A DNA stretch of 64,000 bases, taken from Mobula hypostoma (Eukaryota). A program made the translations under genes and the position numbers. Every line of letters starts with the position of its first letter. Within the stretch, counting starts at the first letter, position 1. The stretch spans positions 107,882,001-107,946,000 of the forward strand of contig NC_086108.1 in the NCBI RefSeq assembly GCF_963921235.1, written 5' to 3'. Below the pieces are notes generated by a model. That model saw nothing but the letters and a program-made list of their open reading frames with translations, did no database searches and had not been told where the DNA came from. Shown here piece by piece: positions 61,150 through 64,000 of this stretch.

Positions 61150-62085
61150 CACGAAAATGAAGTCATAGTTAGACAGAGTCGTAAAGAGATCTTTTGGTAC
61201 ATTGCTCTTCATAAGTCAACGTATGGAGAACAAGAATTGGACTGTTATGCCGAAGTTATATAAAATGTTGGTGAGGCCTAATTTGGAGTGTTGTGTGTAG
61301 TTCTGGTCACCTACTGATAGGAAAGATATCAATAAGATTGAAAGATGCTGAGAAAATTTACAAGGATGTTTCGGGACTTGAGGAATTGAGCTATAGAGAA
61401 AGGATGAATAGGTTAGGACTTTATTCCGTTGAGTTTAGGACAATAAGGGGAGATTTGATAGAGGTATACAGAATTAGGAGGGGTTTACATAGGTTAAGTA
61501 CAATGCAGGATGGAGATAAATCTCTACCAAAGGAGGTGTAAGACGCTCCTTTCCTCTGCAAACCTGCAGGTCACCCTTGGGCAAGGTGTTGCTCCTGCTT
61601 AGACCCCCGATCAGGGTCACATGAAGCCATGGGAGCAGGTGGTCGATGGTCGTATGAGCAGCTGGTGCAGATCAGAGTCCTGGTTATGTGACCACTGACG
61701 CCAGGCAGTCTCTGAGGAGTATTGATAATGGCTGGGGTTACCTGTCTTGTAAAGACACTGCCCAGAAGAAGGCAATGGCAAATCACTTCAGTAGAAAACT
61801 TTGCCAAGAACAATCATGGTCATGGAAAGACCAGGATCGCCCATGTCGTACGACAGAAATGATGAACGAAATGCAGTGCAGGTATCGTTTTTTGTGTAGA
61901 GTTGAGTGCGACTAGAACTAGAGGTCATCAGTTAAGGGTGAAAGGTGAAACATTTAAGGGGAATCTGAAGGGAATCTTCTTCACTCAGGAGGTGGTGAGA
62001 GTATGGAACGTGCTGCCTGTGAAGTGGTGGATGCGGTATGGGGGGGTTGATAGGACTAGACAGAATAACATTACGACATGGAGCA
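61150..62085 (+). mobile_element. CR1-clade LINE 3' region, interrupted at 61509-61869
   Basis: LYKMLVRPNLECCV.FWSP...GLEELSYRERMNRLGLYSVEFRTIRGDLIEVYRI...TRTRGHQLRVKGETF. Confidence 0.82.
61509..61869 (+). mobile_element. RTE-associated SINE-like element (BovB/Sauria-like 3' motif), 7-bp TSD AATGCAG
   Basis: gaaggcaatggcaaatcacttcagtagaaaactttgccaagaa resembles the RTE/BovB motif gaagggaatggcaaaccacttcagta; aatgcag at 61502-61508 and 61870-61876; partial copy at 29770-29940. Confidence 0.65.
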
Positions 62086-62393
62086 GATGAGCCTAGGAGG
62101 CTGGCTGTCTGCTGCAGAATTCTGTCCAACCTCTGCCCAATGCTTGAGATTGTGAGGTGTTCAATTCCCCATTCTGGTTTCCCTCTTACCCCTTCTCCTC
62201 TTCACCTGCTTGTCACCTCTCTCTGATTCCCCCCTCCCCTTTCCCCCTTCCCTTTCTCCCATGGTCCACTCTCCTCTCCTATCACCTTCCTGTTTAGCCA
62301 TTTATCTTTTCCACCTATCACCTACAAGCTTGTACTCCTTCCCCTCCCCCCCCACCCCCCACATCCTTATTTTGGCTCCTCTCTTCCTTTCCT

Positions 62394-62427
62394 GTCCTGA
62401 TGAAGGGTCTCGGTCCGAAATGTCGAC
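62394..62427 (+). ncRNA. Minimal type I hammerhead ribozyme motif in a Penelope pseudo-LTR (62165-62490)
   Basis: GUC-CUGAUGA-AGGGUCUCGGUCC-GAAA-U-GUC-GAC. Confidence 0.7.
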
Positions 62428-63349
62428 TCTTTATTTCTCGCCAGAGATGTTGCCTGACCTACTGAGTTCCTCCAGCATTTTGTGTTGTTACTTAACAATT
62501 TCCTCCAATATTCTGGGATTCCAAGGAGAGGCAACCTTTCATATCCACGGCCATGCCTGTGGCCTCAGAAGTCTCTTATCTAATCCAATTCAGATAATGT
62601 CTTGATAGCAATGATGAAGAATGAATGGTTTATAGCCATTATCTGTAGACCCCGTGATTAGATTACACCCTTCTGCTGGTTTTCCACAACAAAGGTCCAG
62701 AGCACGAGGGAACATAAAATACTGAAACAATGTTAAAGACAGGGTAAGTCAAGAGTTAAATGATTTGGCCATGAACAATCTTGAATGTTAAAAAAAAGTT
62801 GCAAGGTTCCAGGCTTTGGGGATTGATAGGGTAGATGGAGTGAGAGGTGTGAAGTGTGGTTCTGGGAAAAAGTAAATAGAAGCTAATTTGACAAGAATTG
62901 GTTTCAACGGGCAGAAAAATAAATGTTGGTGTGTGTGGTTTTCATTGAAATCTGACGGGAAATGAGTTGGGGGGGGTTAAAGCACAAAAATAAAGACCAG
63001 GAATAACAGAAATAAGACTGTTGACATCAGGTTGGGAACATGGTGAACACTGTTTTAGCTGCAGCTTTCAAAAGGGAATTCATACCACGCAGCGCAAGTA
63101 GCCAAATGGATGAGAAATTTATACAGAGTGGGGAGAGAAAGAGCAGGGGGAGTAGAAATAATTGAATTGAAGGGTTAGGAGATACTCTGTCTGCCTTCCA
63201 ACACAATCTGTGATCTGAAGATTATTGGGCTTTTTAAAGATGCATTGGATAGAAGGTGGGGTGCACTCGGCCAGTACAACTGGGCTGTCGTGTCTGTAAC
63301 GTCCCAGGCTGAGCCTTTGGTCAGCTGCTCCAGTGACAGAGGTGAAAAA

Positions 63350-63882
63350 TCAAAGTAAATTTATTATCAAAGTACATATATATCACATATACAACCCTCA
63401 GATTCATTTTCCTGCCGGCATAATCAGCAAATCTACAGAATAGTAATTATAACAGGATCAATGAAGGATTAACCAGAGTACAGAACACAGCAAACTGCAC
63501 AAATGCAAATATAAATATAAATAGCAATAAATAATGAGATCATGAGATAACAGATAAAAAAGACCTTAAAGTGAGATAATTGGTTATGGGAACATCTCAA
63601 TGGTTGGTCAAGTGAGTGTAGTTATCCCTTTAGTTCAAGAGTCTGTTGGCCGAAGGGTAGTAACTGTCCCTGAACCTGGTGGTGTGAGTCCTGAGGCTCT
63701 TGTACCTTCTACCAGATGGCAGCAGTGAGAAAAGAGCATGGCCTGGGTGGTGGGGATCTCTGATGATGGATGCTGCTTTCCTACAACAGCATTTCATGTA
63801 GATATGCTCAGTGGTTGGGAGGGTTTTACCTGTGATATACTGGGCTGAATCCACTACCTTTTGTAGGATTTTCCATTCAGAG
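63350..63882 (-). mobile_element. Rex1/Babar-type LINE 3' region
   Basis: LQKVVDSAQYITGKTLPTTEHIYMKCCCRKAASIIRDPHHPGHALFSLLPSGRRYKSLRTHTTRFRDSYYPSANRLLN and the family tail tatgtactttgataataaatttactttga. Confidence 0.85.
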
Positions 63883-64000
63883 GCACCAGAAGACGATTTG
63901 TACAAAGTATGTTCTAAGTATTATTTACTTATACAAATAATATAATTTATTTATATAAAAAGATTGAATACGTTAGGACTTTATTCCTTGGAGTGTAGGA

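Overview
This is not prokaryotic sequence. It is a repeat-saturated vertebrate genomic region, most likely from a cartilaginous fish (ray or shark); that assignment is inferred from HE1/V-SINE-like SINEs, HER1-like CR1 LINE ends and the Penelope and Rex1/Babar content. No intact protein-coding ORF is present. The supplied ORFs that resemble proteins are decayed fragments of CR1, Rex1/Babar, Tx1, Penelope (RT plus GIY-YIG) or Tc1 transposase, or translated microsatellites. There is weak to moderate evidence for the 5' end of a + strand host gene (RFX X-box-like pair and CpG-rich patch near 0.8-1.2 kb; a 50-nt ATG-containing exon at 4686-4735), which would make most of the window one large intron. 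The most interesting structures are: (1) many Penelope-derived short elements carrying a minimal type I hammerhead ribozyme, several of them ~200-bp fold-back palindromes flanked by 12-14 bp target-site duplications (TSDs); (2) a ~500-bp DNA MITE with 6-bp TSDs in two independent insertions; (3) a chimeric tRNA/CORE-like/RTE-like SINE; (4) an RTE-type short element found twice at the same motif of CR1; (5) multi-layer nested insertions that order the TE waves. I cannot establish from sequence alone that any of these is undescribed. Family names come from motif recognition, not database searches, and element boundaries without a TSD are approximate.
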